A stretch of DNA of 64,000 bases, from contig JBKHIT010000005.1 of assembly GCA_046538485.1 (NCBI GenBank), positions 32,001 to 96,000 on the forward strand, given 5' to 3'. The notes below the pieces were generated by a model. That model was given only the letters and a program-made list of their open reading frames with translations, did no database searches and had not been told where the DNA came from. Made by a program: the position numbers and the translations under genes. Source of the DNA: Candidatus Brocadiia bacterium (lineage in GTDB: Bacteria > Planctomycetota > Brocadiia > SM23-32). Of the stretch, positions 20,100-29,972 are shown one piece after another (position 1 is the stretch's first letter; each line of letters starts with the position of its first letter).

Positions 20100-20279
20100 C
20101 GCAGGTTTCTCACAGTAAGGCGTACAGTTTTCAGTGGAAGGGACCGTCCCGCGCCGGCAGCAGACAGGCAATGTTCGGCCAACTGCTTGAGATTATCCGT
20201 TCAGATATCCGCGGTTGTGCCACCTGACGTTTCCGACAGAACCGGTTAGCGGTTCGCAAAGTGTTGTAATACGAATTGA

Positions 20280-20308
20280 ATTATAGGAACTTGGTGCAAA
20301 CGTGTCAA
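20280..20308 (-). promoter_or_regulatory. Consensus sigma70 promoter upstream of hisA
   Basis: TTGACA, 17 bp, TATAAT on the minus strand. Confidence 0.85.
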
Positions 20309-20440
20309 CGCGAAGCGGGCGATTGAACGCTATCTCGGAGCAATTGCCACAAATGGGCCTTGCCCCAATTAAGGGCACTGATATGATCAATACCGCGCTG
20401 CATGACAGATCTTGATCAGTCCTGCGGTCGACGCGAAATC

Positions 20441-20469
20441 TTGACAGGCAGGGGATTTGAGGGTAGATT
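20441..20469 (+). promoter_or_regulatory. Sigma70 promoter, divergent from the hisA promoter
   Basis: TTGACA, 17 bp, TAGATT. Confidence 0.7.
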
Positions 20470-20565
20470 GCAGAACAGGCTGCAGGCGCGCCCGTGGCAT
20501 GGAGGGAACCGGAAACGGGAGGCATTGCTTGCAGAATCAGAATGTGAACATGGGGAGGTGAATGT

Positions 20566-22959
20566 ATGGATACTGAACGCGCGGGTCCGTTTGGGGGTGA
20601 CGGATCGATGCGACTCCTGTTTGTTATTTTGCTGCTGTTTTCTCACAACGCCGTTGCCGGTTCAGTTCTGAGTGGGGAAGTTGTTGACGAGACGGGGCAA
20701 CCGGTGGCGAGCGCGCATGTGATGATCTACTATTTTCACGATATAAGCGGGTTCGGCTCCGTCCAGCTGGCAAAGGCGCGCACCGGCGAGGAAGGACGAT
20801 TCCAGCTTGAAAAAGGAAAGATAGAGATACCGCCGATTGCTTTGAGCCGGCGGGTTATGATGCAGCTTTTTCTTATAGCTCTTGCTCCTGGTAAGGCCGC
20901 TGGAGTCGCGGAAGTCCTGCCCGAGAAAACCGATAATTATCGTCTCGAATTAAGCGAAGGCAGGAATGTCATATGCCGCGCGGTTGAACATGGTCGGCAC
21001 GGGGGGGGCAAAAAGCGGGTCAAAGATGCAAAAATCAGCGTGGCGGATTTCGGATCATGGGTGCCCGCCGGAGTTTTCTTTGAACGGGGAATCGTTAGCC
21101 GTCTTTTGAATGATTTTTATAGTGCGACATCTGACGCCGACGGTCTGGCCGAAATCCAGAACGTTCCTCAGAGCAATATTCGGGTGAGAGGGAGTCACGA
21201 AAAGTTTCTGGTATGGCCTGCCATCGGTCGAGTAAACAACGGAGAGGCAGAGTTAAGGATGAGAGAACACCCGTTGTTTTTCGGGGCGACGAAAGGCATT
21301 GTGAAAAGCGCAGATAATGATGATCCTATCAAAGGGGTACTCGTTATGTCGCCTTTGCTTCACAGGGCGGCTGCCGGTGGCTGGGATAAAACGGATGAGG
21401 CGGGTCAATTCCAGCTTTCTTTGAATTCGCCCATGGCCCGAAGGCATGGATTGATTTTGCGGGACCCTTCTTACGATCCACATTGGGCAACAAGAATGAC
21501 TCCGGGTAAAAATCCGCAAGATTTCATGCGCCGGCGTATCCGCCGAGCAAAAGAAGCGGGGGGAAACGCCGAAACGGATGAATTCATGTTGGAGAGAGGG
21601 AAGCAAATTTCGATTAGTGTCATAAACACCATAACGAAAAAACCCGTGGATAAGGCCATTGTCGCGCTCAAGTTCTCGCGGAACAGGCAGCGGGCCCGAC
21701 AGCATCGCTTCTACTCCAGAGCTTCATTCTGCCGGGTAACCGGACAGGACGGGTGCTGCCATTACCGGGTTCCTGAAGATCAAACGGAGGTTGATGTAAG
21801 CATCGTGGACGCGTTTGATGGGGTGGTTATTGGTCAAGAGCGCACGAATAAGATACAGCTGGAAGGCGCTGAAAATCAGGCGACCGTAGGCGTAGGCTTG
21901 GTTGAACCAGTGAACTGTGAGCTTGTTGTCCGGGAAAAAGAGGGGCAAATCGTGCCGAGGACACGACTTTGGTTGAGAACCATCGCTTCCAGACGAGTTC
22001 TGGAGGGACTGACAGCAAGCGATGGACGGGCCCGGTTGGCAAAGCTGATTCCCGGCGAGAAAATGAAAGTTTACGCAATCTCTCCAGAGGGCAGAATGGC
22101 TGCTTTTGAGGACCTTCAGGCGCCGGAGAAAAAAGGCGGTGGAACCTTTCTTATCCGGTTGCAAAAAGCTCTGAGCGGGGAAATCATTCTGAAGGATAAC
22201 GAAGGGGAAATTCTCGACGACGGGCGGTTATGGATTTTTGTCAAAGACCACGCAAAATCTACGCTTTTCAGGTCAGATGAGGGGCTGATAGAGGAAAAAA
22301 CTGATGGCCATTTTGCCATTAAAGCACTTCTCCCCGGCGTAAATTACATAATCAGAGCCCATGCCAGGGGATATCGTCAGGAGCACGACGGAGGGGTTAA
22401 GTGGATGATAAAAGCAGGAGAAACAAACCCCAAGAAAGTTGTGGTGCTTGAAAAAATACCCAGAGACCGGAGGCACGTTAATCGGGGCAACGTAGTACGA
22501 GCGAGGCAGAATGTTGGAAGAACGCCAGAACCTGTTCCTCCGGAGAAAGAATACAAAAGAGATCTTGCCACGCTGGAAGATGCAGAGCGAGCGCTCCCGG
22601 ATACCGTTCAGAAATACCTGACCTGGTATGTCGATGGCCACGGTATCGCTCTGGCGGATAAGAAGAAGCGGAAAGTCTATCGTTTCCCCGGCCTGTTGGG
22701 GTTTGAAGAAATCGATGTCCGAGAATTTGCTTTCGGTGTGAAAAAGGTGTGGGTTGCTACGGATAAAGGGCTGATCGGTTGGGATCGCAAACAGCGTTTT
22801 TGGACCCGTTTTGCGCCGGAGATTGAGAAGTTAAACGCTCCCGCAAAATCGGTCTCAGTGGAGAAGGATAGCAGCGTTCGGGTTGTTCTTCAGCTGGGTG
22901 AGGGTGAGCAGGGGACCTACCGTTATGATCCGCGGGACCGAAGATGGCACAAAGAGTAG
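20566..22959 (+). CDS. Secreted protein with carboxypeptidase-regulatory-like (prealbumin-fold) repeats
   Basis: Signal peptide (likely start 20608), G.VVDE.G.PV..A and TD..G.F repeats. Confidence 0.7.
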   Translation: MDTERAGPFGGDGSMRLLFVILLLFSHNAVAGSVLSGEVVDETGQPVASAHVMIYYFHDISGFGSVQLAKARTGEEGRFQLEKGKIEIPPIALSRRVMMQLFLIALAPGKAAGVAEVLPEKTDNYRLELSEGRNVICRAVEHGRHGGGKKRVKDAKISVADFGSWVPAGVFFERGIVSRLLNDFYSATSDADGLAEIQNVPQSNIRVRGSHEKFLVWPAIGRVNNGEAELRMREHPLFFGATKGIVKSADNDDPIKGVLVMSPLLHRAAAGGWDKTDEAGQFQLSLNSPMARRHGLILRDPSYDPHWATRMTPGKNPQDFMRRRIRRAKEAGGNAETDEFMLERGKQISISVINTITKKPVDKAIVALKFSRNRQRARQHRFYSRASFCRVTGQDGCCHYRVPEDQTEVDVSIVDAFDGVVIGQERTNKIQLEGAENQATVGVGLVEPVNCELVVREKEGQIVPRTRLWLRTIASRRVLEGLTASDGRARLAKLIPGEKMKVYAISPEGRMAAFEDLQAPEKKGGGTFLIRLQKALSGEIILKDNEGEILDDGRLWIFVKDHAKSTLFRSDEGLIEEKTDGHFAIKALLPGVNYIIRAHARGYRQEHDGGVKWMIKAGETNPKKVVVLEKIPRDRRHVNRGNVVRARQNVGRTPEPVPPEKEYKRDLATLEDAERALPDTVQKYLTWYVDGHGIALADKKKRKVYRFPGLLGFEEIDVREFAFGVKKVWVATDKGLIGWDRKQRFWTRFAPEIEKLNAPAKSVSVEKDSSVRVVLQLGEGEQGTYRYDPRDRRWHKE

Positions 22960-23048
22960 AGGGTGCGCAAGATTGCGCCCGGAAGTTTAGTGTGCTATCT
23001 TAATTAATAGCGAAGAGATTGTTTTTGTTCGCTTTTGATGGCAGGGCC

Positions 23049-23375
23049 CAGCCCGGATTTTACGGATAATTTGAAGCCATTCTTGCCAAATTAGGGTAGA
23101 ATCTTTGTTGAAGACCGTTCATAACCCTCCTGAGCCAAAAATCCGGGCTAAAAAAAACGGCGCATAAATCTGACAACTTAAAATTAGTGATCAGCAACGA
23201 GGCGAACGCTACGTTGCGAAACGACTGGCTTTAACGCTTTTTTCACAAGGAACATACAGACATCTTCCGGCACAGTAGCACTGGCCGGAAATTGTGAACA
23301 CTTTTTGTTGTTGTAAATTCTTACGCCTGAACGGCATGCGCCGTTTTATATAGCCTGCATCCGTAAGATGCAGGC
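23049..23375 (+). mobile_element. Composite MITE-like element X-Y-Z, copy A
   Basis: X 23049-23150, Y 23148-23353, Z hairpin 23351-23375; inverted homologue at 52862-53190. Confidence 0.75.
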
Positions 23376-23457
23376 CGGATCCGGCTCGAAGTTGCCCTGA
23401 TGGCGATCAAGGCGGGGTTACCCGCCAGATTATTTTTGCCTTCACTCGACGGAATTC

Positions 23458-25257
23458 ATGCAGCAGAATACGAGAAATTTCTGCATCACCGCGCATATTG
23501 ACCATGGGAAGTCCACGCTGGCCGATAGATTTCTGCAACTCACCCGGTCGGTGCCCGAGCGAGAATTCCACGATTTAATGCTCGACGATATGGAATTGGA
23601 GCGAGAACGCGGGATTACCATCAAAGCAAGTTGTGTGACGATGTTCTATGAGATGGACGGACAGGAATATCGCCTCAATCTTATTGATACCCCGGGGCAT
23701 GTGGATTTTAGCTACGAAGTTTCGCGCGCTCTTACGGCCTGTGAAGGGGCGGTCCTTCTTGTCGATGCAAGCCAGGGTATCGAGGCGCAGACGGTGGTCA
23801 ATTATAACCACGCGGAGGATGAAGAGCTGATCGTCATCCCTGCGGTAACAAAAATCGACCTGTCGACCTCGCGTCCCATCGAAACAATGGATGAAATGCA
23901 CCTGACCTTTGATATCGATCCCGATTACATCCTCGCGGTCAGCGGTAAAACCGGCGAATATGTGGAAGGTCTGATTAAAGAGGTAATTCGCCGGGTGCCT
24001 TCGCCTTCTGGAGACGAGGACGGGGCTTTGCGCGCACTGGTTTTTGATTCTTTTTACGATGAATATAGAGGCGTCGTGATATTCGTCCGTATTGTCGATG
24101 GTGAACTTCGGCCGGGCGACATTGTACGGACGATGGGTACAGGGGTACGCCACGAAGTCAGTGAAGTGGGAATCTTTCGTCCGGGCATGACTCAGACCGA
24201 AGTGCTGAGCGCGGGGGACGTCGGCTATGTTATCGCGGGCATAAAAAATATTCGCGACGTGCAGATAGGAGATACGATCACGCGACAATCTGATCCGGCG
24301 CAGGTCGCGCTCCCCGGTTATCAGGAACCCCAGCCGGTTGTATACTCGGCGCTCTATCCCCAGGATAACGATGATTTTCCCAATCTTCGTTCGGCTCTTG
24401 ATAAACTTTCGCTTAACGATTCATCGTTTGATTTCGAGCCGGAAAGCTCCTCGGCGCTGGGTTTCGGTTTCCGGTGCGGTTTTCTCGGTCTGCTTCATAT
24501 GGAAATTGTTCAGGAGAGACTCGAGCGCGAGAGCGATGTCCCTCTGGTTCAAACGGCTCCGAATGTTCCATATGAAATAGTTCGGAAGGACGGGGAAGTG
24601 GAGAGAATCGATCGACCTTCTGAGATGCCCGGAGAAGGTGAAATTGAAGCGGTGCGCGAACCGTGGGTGAATCTGCAGATCATCGCTCCGGGAGAGCATA
24701 TCGGAAATGTGATGAAACTGGTAGAAAGCCGACGTGGTGAGCACGATCGGACCGAGTTTTTCAGCGATACACGCGCCATGCTCAAATACGAAATGCCGCT
24801 GGCTGAGATCATATATAATTTCTTTGATCGCCTGAAATCTCTGACCAAAGGCCACGGTACGATGGATTACGAGCAAATTGGCTACCGGCAGAGCAACCTG
24901 GTAAAAGTCGATATCCTGGTGAACGAATCCCCGGTCGATGCTCTCTCGTTTATCTGTCACCGTGACGAAGCGGAGCGACGGGGACGGAAAGTGGTAAAGA
25001 TTCTGCGCGAGCACATCTCGCGGCATCTTTTCCCGATTCCCCTGCAGGCCGCTATTGGGAGCCGGGTTGTTGCTCGGGAGACCATCCCACCGATGAAAAA
25101 GAACGTTACTGCTAAATGTTACGGGGGCGATATTACAAGAAAACGCAAGTTGTGGAAACAGCAGAAAGAAGGCAAAAAACGGATGAAAGCCGTGGGAAAT
25201 GTCAACGTGCCACAGAAGGCTTTTCTCGCCGTTTTAGAAGGCGAAGAGATCGATTAA
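23458..25257 (+). CDS. lepA: Elongation factor 4 (LepA)
   Basis: AHIDHGKSTLADR, ERERGITIK, FRCGFLGLLH, KCYGGDITRKRKL. Confidence 0.98.
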   Translation: MQQNTRNFCITAHIDHGKSTLADRFLQLTRSVPEREFHDLMLDDMELERERGITIKASCVTMFYEMDGQEYRLNLIDTPGHVDFSYEVSRALTACEGAVLLVDASQGIEAQTVVNYNHAEDEELIVIPAVTKIDLSTSRPIETMDEMHLTFDIDPDYILAVSGKTGEYVEGLIKEVIRRVPSPSGDEDGALRALVFDSFYDEYRGVVIFVRIVDGELRPGDIVRTMGTGVRHEVSEVGIFRPGMTQTEVLSAGDVGYVIAGIKNIRDVQIGDTITRQSDPAQVALPGYQEPQPVVYSALYPQDNDDFPNLRSALDKLSLNDSSFDFEPESSSALGFGFRCGFLGLLHMEIVQERLERESDVPLVQTAPNVPYEIVRKDGEVERIDRPSEMPGEGEIEAVREPWVNLQIIAPGEHIGNVMKLVESRRGEHDRTEFFSDTRAMLKYEMPLAEIIYNFFDRLKSLTKGHGTMDYEQIGYRQSNLVKVDILVNESPVDALSFICHRDEAERRGRKVVKILREHISRHLFPIPLQAAIGSRVVARETIPPMKKNVTAKCYGGDITRKRKLWKQQKEGKKRMKAVGNVNVPQKAFLAVLEGEEID

Positions 25258-25291
25258 TAAAACACGAGCGGATAATTGAACTGGGAACATA

Positions 25292-26848
25292 ATGGGTACA
25301 TCCCCACACGGCGAGAGCGGAGCTACCGCGCGCGAGGCTTCCTCTACATCGTTGCGGAACAATCTGGAGTCCATCGCGGTCGCCATTCTGCTTGTTCTCT
25401 TCGTGCGGCAAATTGTCGCGGAAGCTTTTAAGATCCCTACTGGAAGTATGGCACCTGTTCTTTTGGGTGTGCATAAAGAAGTCCGCTGCCCAAACTGCGG
25501 ATGGGTTTTTAGAGTTGGATCCGACAAAGTCGGTCCGGTCGGACAGGTACAATGTCCGAACTGTGGGTATAAGATTAACGATGTGAGTTCAAGCAGCGTG
25601 AATTTCCGGCGTCCGGCCTGGCTCTGGAACTCCGGACGGGATTCTATTACCGGCGAGAAGGTGGAAGGTTTAGAGGCGGCCAACCGCGTGAACCGGTGGG
25701 GGAGCCGTATATTTGTCAACAAATTTATTTATCGGTTACGCGAGCCCCGGCGCTGGGAAGTGGTTGTTTTCCGGTATCCTTTTTATGATGCGCTTTGTAA
25801 AGAATGCAGGTGGCGAGGAAAGGTGGCCACCGATGCTCCCCTCCGCTGTCCTAAATGTGGCTCGGAAGACCTCCAGTTGAAAGCGAAAAATTACATTAAA
25901 CGGGTGGTCGGATTGCCAGGTGAGACGATTTCGCTGCGAGGTGGGGATGTTTTCATAAAAACGGGAAAGCAGGCGGATTTTAAAATCGCGCGCAAGCCGG
26001 AACGGATTCAAAACCGGTTGTGGATCCCGGTTTTCGACAGCTCTTATGTTCCTTTGGAACCTCAGCGCAGGACCTGGACGACTGAAGGTTCCGATAAGAT
26101 TTGGGAGCGAGATAAGAAAACAGGCGCCCTCGAGGTTGATGCTCGGGCAGTTTCCGGCCCTGCGATGGTTCGTCTTGCGAGAACAATTTGGGATGGCTAT
26201 GCTTACAATGGTGGAGGTATTGATTATGCCGGAGTTCTTATGAATCACGATAGCAATAAGGTGGGAGACTGCCGGCTTGAGGCGACATTCGAAGTGAAAG
26301 AAACAAGTTCTGAAAACGCGTGTATCGAAATGCAAATTGTGGAGGCTAATCACAACTTTCGACTCTTCGTGCCCGTGGAAGGTGGAGATGTGCGCCTTAC
26401 TGATAATGATGCGAACGTTGGTTCAGTTGTCGTGAGGGCGTTGAAAAAAAATAAGAAAACAGTCGCTGTCCTGGAAAATTACGACGACAGGGTAGTGGCA
26501 AAAATTGGTGAAAATGTTATAATCCGTCACGAATATAATGGGAATGCTGATGGATCTTTGGAGCGCCAGGGCATTGCACTTGGGGCTCGCGGAGCGAAAG
26601 TAATATTCCGGCGAATTCGCATAGGCAGGGATATTTATTACCGGCGTGAAGGACCGGCGGTTGCTCTGGACAATACGAGTTATTTCATGCTTGGTGATAA
26701 TAGCCCCCATAGTAGCGATAGCCGCGAATGGGGGCCGGTTCCTGAAGAAAACCTGCTGGGAGAAGCGATTGGTGTATTCTGGCCTATCCATGACATCAGC
26801 CTCCTTTCGTGGGGAAGTCAACACAGCAAAGGGAGAAGAGCTCAATGA
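25292..26848 (+). CDS. lepB: Signal peptidase I with Zn-ribbon inserts
   Basis: IPTGSM, YIKRVVGLPGE, GDNSPHSSDSREWG; four CxxC pairs. Confidence 0.92.
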   Translation: MGTSPHGESGATAREASSTSLRNNLESIAVAILLVLFVRQIVAEAFKIPTGSMAPVLLGVHKEVRCPNCGWVFRVGSDKVGPVGQVQCPNCGYKINDVSSSSVNFRRPAWLWNSGRDSITGEKVEGLEAANRVNRWGSRIFVNKFIYRLREPRRWEVVVFRYPFYDALCKECRWRGKVATDAPLRCPKCGSEDLQLKAKNYIKRVVGLPGETISLRGGDVFIKTGKQADFKIARKPERIQNRLWIPVFDSSYVPLEPQRRTWTTEGSDKIWERDKKTGALEVDARAVSGPAMVRLARTIWDGYAYNGGGIDYAGVLMNHDSNKVGDCRLEATFEVKETSSENACIEMQIVEANHNFRLFVPVEGGDVRLTDNDANVGSVVVRALKKNKKTVAVLENYDDRVVAKIGENVIIRHEYNGNADGSLERQGIALGARGAKVIFRRIRIGRDIYYRREGPAVALDNTSYFMLGDNSPHSSDSREWGPVPEENLLGEAIGVFWPIHDISLLSWGSQHSKGRRAQ

Positions 26849-27150
26849 AAGTTTTTTTCGGAAATGATTTAGAGTACATGGTGCGAGAACTTCGTGGAAA
26901 AGCAATTAACAATGTCCGCCTTCAAGTCTTGTACGAAATAGGAGAAGGGGACGTCGAGTTCAAAGCGCACGTTACCACACTTTGCAGCGGCCAGATTTTC
27001 GAGACTGTCATATCCCGGAACGAAATTCTGGAAGGAGCTACCGCAGAAGAACAGGACGACTTTGTTACCGAGGTGGCAGAAGAACTTCGCGACGACGTTG
27101 CCGAGAGGCTCGAGGGATTCGAGATTCGGCCGGGCGTGCTTCAGGAATAA
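26845..27150 (+). CDS. Hypothetical acidic protein
   Basis: ATGA overlap with the lepB stop. Confidence 0.65.
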   Translation: MKVFFGNDLEYMVRELRGKAINNVRLQVLYEIGEGDVEFKAHVTTLCSGQIFETVISRNEILEGATAEEQDDFVTEVAEELRDDVAERLEGFEIRPGVLQE

Positions 27151-27253
27151 CTCACGCCAGTCGGTTTGATCCCTCGATAGGCAGTCGTTGGGGTCGGTTT
27201 TCCCTTTATGGAGCAGCTTCCCAAAAGCATAGTTTTTTAGGCCGGAGTTGATC

Positions 27254-27394
27254 ATGTTCGGTGACGTGGCCATAGTCGTGGGCGCAGTGATTTTCACGGT
27301 TGGGCTTCTGGGGGTTATTCGGGTCCTCGGCCACCGAATTAAACGAAAGCGTAAAAAAGATGGTAAAACTCCGCCATCGGGCCAGGAAAGCTGA
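27254..27394 (+). CDS. 46-aa single-pass membrane microprotein (not in ORF track)
   Basis: GGAG RBS; MFGDVAIVVGAVIFTVGLLGVIRVLGHRIKRKRKKDGKTPPSGQES. Confidence 0.6.
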   Translation: MFGDVAIVVGAVIFTVGLLGVIRVLGHRIKRKRKKDGKTPPSGQES

Positions 27395-27557
27395 TTTTTT
27401 TGGGCGTTGAAAGCCGGGCAGAAAACCGGACATAGAGGCATCGGAACGCGGCATATTCGAAGGTTTTTCACTCATTCCAGGAAGCGCTTGAACGAAGCCC
27501 CTTCCGTCTGGTAGCTTTCCTTAATGAACCATTCCTCTAACCGGTTGGGATGAACAT

Positions 27558-28700
27558 ATGCGTAAAATCATTGTTTTGATCATTGCCGCGGCCGCCGTAG
27601 GAATTGTTATTTTGAGAACAGGGGAAACGGACCGGGATATCTCCTCAGAGGATTCCAAACCAGTTAAGTCTGACACCGCCTCAGGTGAAAGCCCCCCATC
27701 ACGTCTGGCTCTGCGGGCGGATAGAACTTTTGGCCAGGAGGGTCAGCAATCTGCGGATGAGGAGAGCTCCAGCGGCAAAACTTCTGCCGGGGCCGTTAAG
27801 GACTCCACCGATGAAGGGCAAAGAGTTGCCCGTGCCGAAAAACGGTCACCGAAAGCGGACTCTTCTCATGCGAGCAAGGAGAAGGGCGCATCTGGTGTGG
27901 CAAAATCGGAATTGCCGAGTTTCGCGGCATCAACGCCCTCGAAAATAAATCCCCATAGCCCTTCCGAAGAAAAACCGACTCGCCGCACCGATTCCGAACC
28001 GGTCCGCCGTGCCAGAGAATTGTTGGAAGAGGGCAATAAAGTAGAAGCACGCCGCGTGCTTACAGATATTTACCTGAATGGTTCGCCCGCGGCACGAGAA
28101 ATCGCCCACCGGTGCCTGCGGAAAATTAACGAAGAATTGGTTTTCAACCCCCGGAATATCGATGGGGCAAAAATCCACGTGGTCAAAGCTGGCGATACGC
28201 TGGGGAAAATCGGTCGCAAATACGGGGTGAACTGGCGCATGATCCGCCGAATTAACGGTCTCAGCAGGGGGGGTATGATTCGGTTAAATCAACAACTCAA
28301 AATTTTGACCGGCGATTGTGAAATATTGGTCGACAAAAGCGACTACCGGCTAACGCTTTTCATTGACGGAGTTTTCATCAAACAATATCCGGTTGGTCTC
28401 GGCAAAAATGATCGAACCCCGACGGCGGAATTTACGATCGATGATATGCTTGTCGAACCAGATTGGTATCCGCCGGGCGGAGGTGTGATTGAATACGGAG
28501 AAAAAGGCCACCTGATCGGTGAACGTTGGCTCGGACTCTGTGACAAACCCGGAGCAGCTGGGCTCGGTATACATGGAACAAATGAACCGGAGTCAATCGG
28601 GAAAATGTGTTCCAATGGATGCATTCGAATGCTGAATAAAGATGTCAAAGAGCTCTACGATCTCGTCAAAGTCGGAACCAAAGTCAAAATAGTAGAATAG
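27558..28700 (+). CDS. LysM-domain L,D-transpeptidase (YkuD family)
   Basis: HVVKAGDTLGKI LysM; GIHGT..SNGCIRM. Confidence 0.93.
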   Translation: MRKIIVLIIAAAAVGIVILRTGETDRDISSEDSKPVKSDTASGESPPSRLALRADRTFGQEGQQSADEESSSGKTSAGAVKDSTDEGQRVARAEKRSPKADSSHASKEKGASGVAKSELPSFAASTPSKINPHSPSEEKPTRRTDSEPVRRARELLEEGNKVEARRVLTDIYLNGSPAAREIAHRCLRKINEELVFNPRNIDGAKIHVVKAGDTLGKIGRKYGVNWRMIRRINGLSRGGMIRLNQQLKILTGDCEILVDKSDYRLTLFIDGVFIKQYPVGLGKNDRTPTAEFTIDDMLVEPDWYPPGGGVIEYGEKGHLIGERWLGLCDKPGAAGLGIHGTNEPESIGKMCSNGCIRMLNKDVKELYDLVKVGTKVKIVE

Positions 28701-28706
28701 GGAAAC

Positions 28707-29339
28707 ATGGAATACGCCTCTGCAACGCTGAAACAGTATCTGACCGACGCCGCTTCCGATAAACCGGCACCGGGCGGCGGGAGCATCAGTGCGCTCGCCG
28801 GAGCCCTCGCCTCTTCAATGAGCGAAATGGCCGCGAATTTCACCACGGGGAAAGACAAATACGACGACGTGAAAGAAGATATTCAGGATGTTCTTCAAAC
28901 ACTCGAAGTGGCACGGCAAAAACTCCTTGCGCTTGTCGACGCTGATGTAAAAGCCTACGGTGCCGTCAATGAGGCTTATGGCATGCCAAAGGATACCGAC
29001 GAGCAAAAACAGGAGCGCCGGGAAGCGATCCAGGCTGCTCTGAAGGAGGCCATGAAAGTGCCCCTCAACATTATGCGGCAATGCCGGACCGTTTCAGAAA
29101 CCTCCGCTGATCTGGTTGGGATTGCCAACCAGAACTTGCTCACGGACGTCGCCGTAAGCGCTGTCCTCTCCGAAGCGGCATGTGCGGCAGCACGATTTAA
29201 CGTCGATGTTAACCTGAAATATATCAAAGATGATTCGGTGGCCGATGAGGTTTCTCCTGAGGTCGAAGAACTTATCGATGTTACAAAAAGCTGCCGCGCA
29301 AAGGTCGTTTCAACCGTCGCTGAATATCTCTCCAAATGA
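28707..29339 (+). CDS. Cyclodeaminase/methenyl-THF cyclohydrolase family (FTCD C-terminal domain)
   Basis: ASDKPAPGGGS, NLLTD, NVDVNL. Confidence 0.9.
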   Translation: MEYASATLKQYLTDAASDKPAPGGGSISALAGALASSMSEMAANFTTGKDKYDDVKEDIQDVLQTLEVARQKLLALVDADVKAYGAVNEAYGMPKDTDEQKQERREAIQAALKEAMKVPLNIMRQCRTVSETSADLVGIANQNLLTDVAVSAVLSEAACAAARFNVDVNLKYIKDDSVADEVSPEVEELIDVTKSCRAKVVSTVAEYLSK

Positions 29340-29348
29340 GGTAAGACA

Positions 29349-29846
29349 ATGTCGGATGGCTATGCGGTGACCAAAACCCGGGTCGGGTGTTACGGTTGCG
29401 AGAAAGCATTCCAACCGGGAGAAGTCTACTTTTCCCTCCTTTTTGAAGAGGGTGACACTTTCAGCCGACGTGATTTCTGCAAAAAGTGCTGGGACAGCGC
29501 AGATAAAGAAAATGGGTTTTCGTTCTGGAAAACACGATGTCCCAAAGAGACCGGACCCCCGCGGATCGAAACGGAAGCTGTCCTGGAATTCTTCGAAAAG
29601 TTGGAGAATTCCAACTCCCCGAACCGGCAGGAAATGCGTTTTGTCCTGGCCCTGTTCCTGGCGCGCCGTAAAACGCTGAAGTTCAAATCGGTTGAGTCCG
29701 ATCAAAAAAACGGAGAAGAAGTGCTTGTATTCCGCCGGACGGGGACCGATGAAACGGTGCGAATACCCGATCCGGGGCTGACCGAAGAACAAATTGAAGC
29801 TACCACGGAGAAGCTGAAGGAACTCTTCTACGATCCTGTTATGTGA
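29349..29846 (+). CDS. Hypothetical protein with CxxC...CxxC
   Basis: CYGC, DFCKKCW, SFWK, LALFLARRK; operonic spacing. Confidence 0.75.
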   Translation: MSDGYAVTKTRVGCYGCEKAFQPGEVYFSLLFEEGDTFSRRDFCKKCWDSADKENGFSFWKTRCPKETGPPRIETEAVLEFFEKLENSNSPNRQEMRFVLALFLARRKTLKFKSVESDQKNGEEVLVFRRTGTDETVRIPDPGLTEEQIEATTEKLKELFYDPVM

Positions 29847-29972
29847 AACACAGGTCCGGCCCGACAAACGCGGGGAAGTTTAAGTGCACCAACCACGCTC
29901 CAGTGGATATCGTTCCAGTCCCATACCTTATTCCTCCCGCTCGACTGTGAACATAATCCAAAAGAGGTTATT

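Noticed and set aside
20120..20260. ZTP (pfl) riboswitch in the hisA leader
   Set aside because: Only vague resemblance; the pseudoknot and CGCCTGGGCA-type 3' hairpin were not found
23049..23150. X element as an integron attC site
   Set aside because: Lacks RYYYAAC...GTTRRRY ends and there is no integrase in the window
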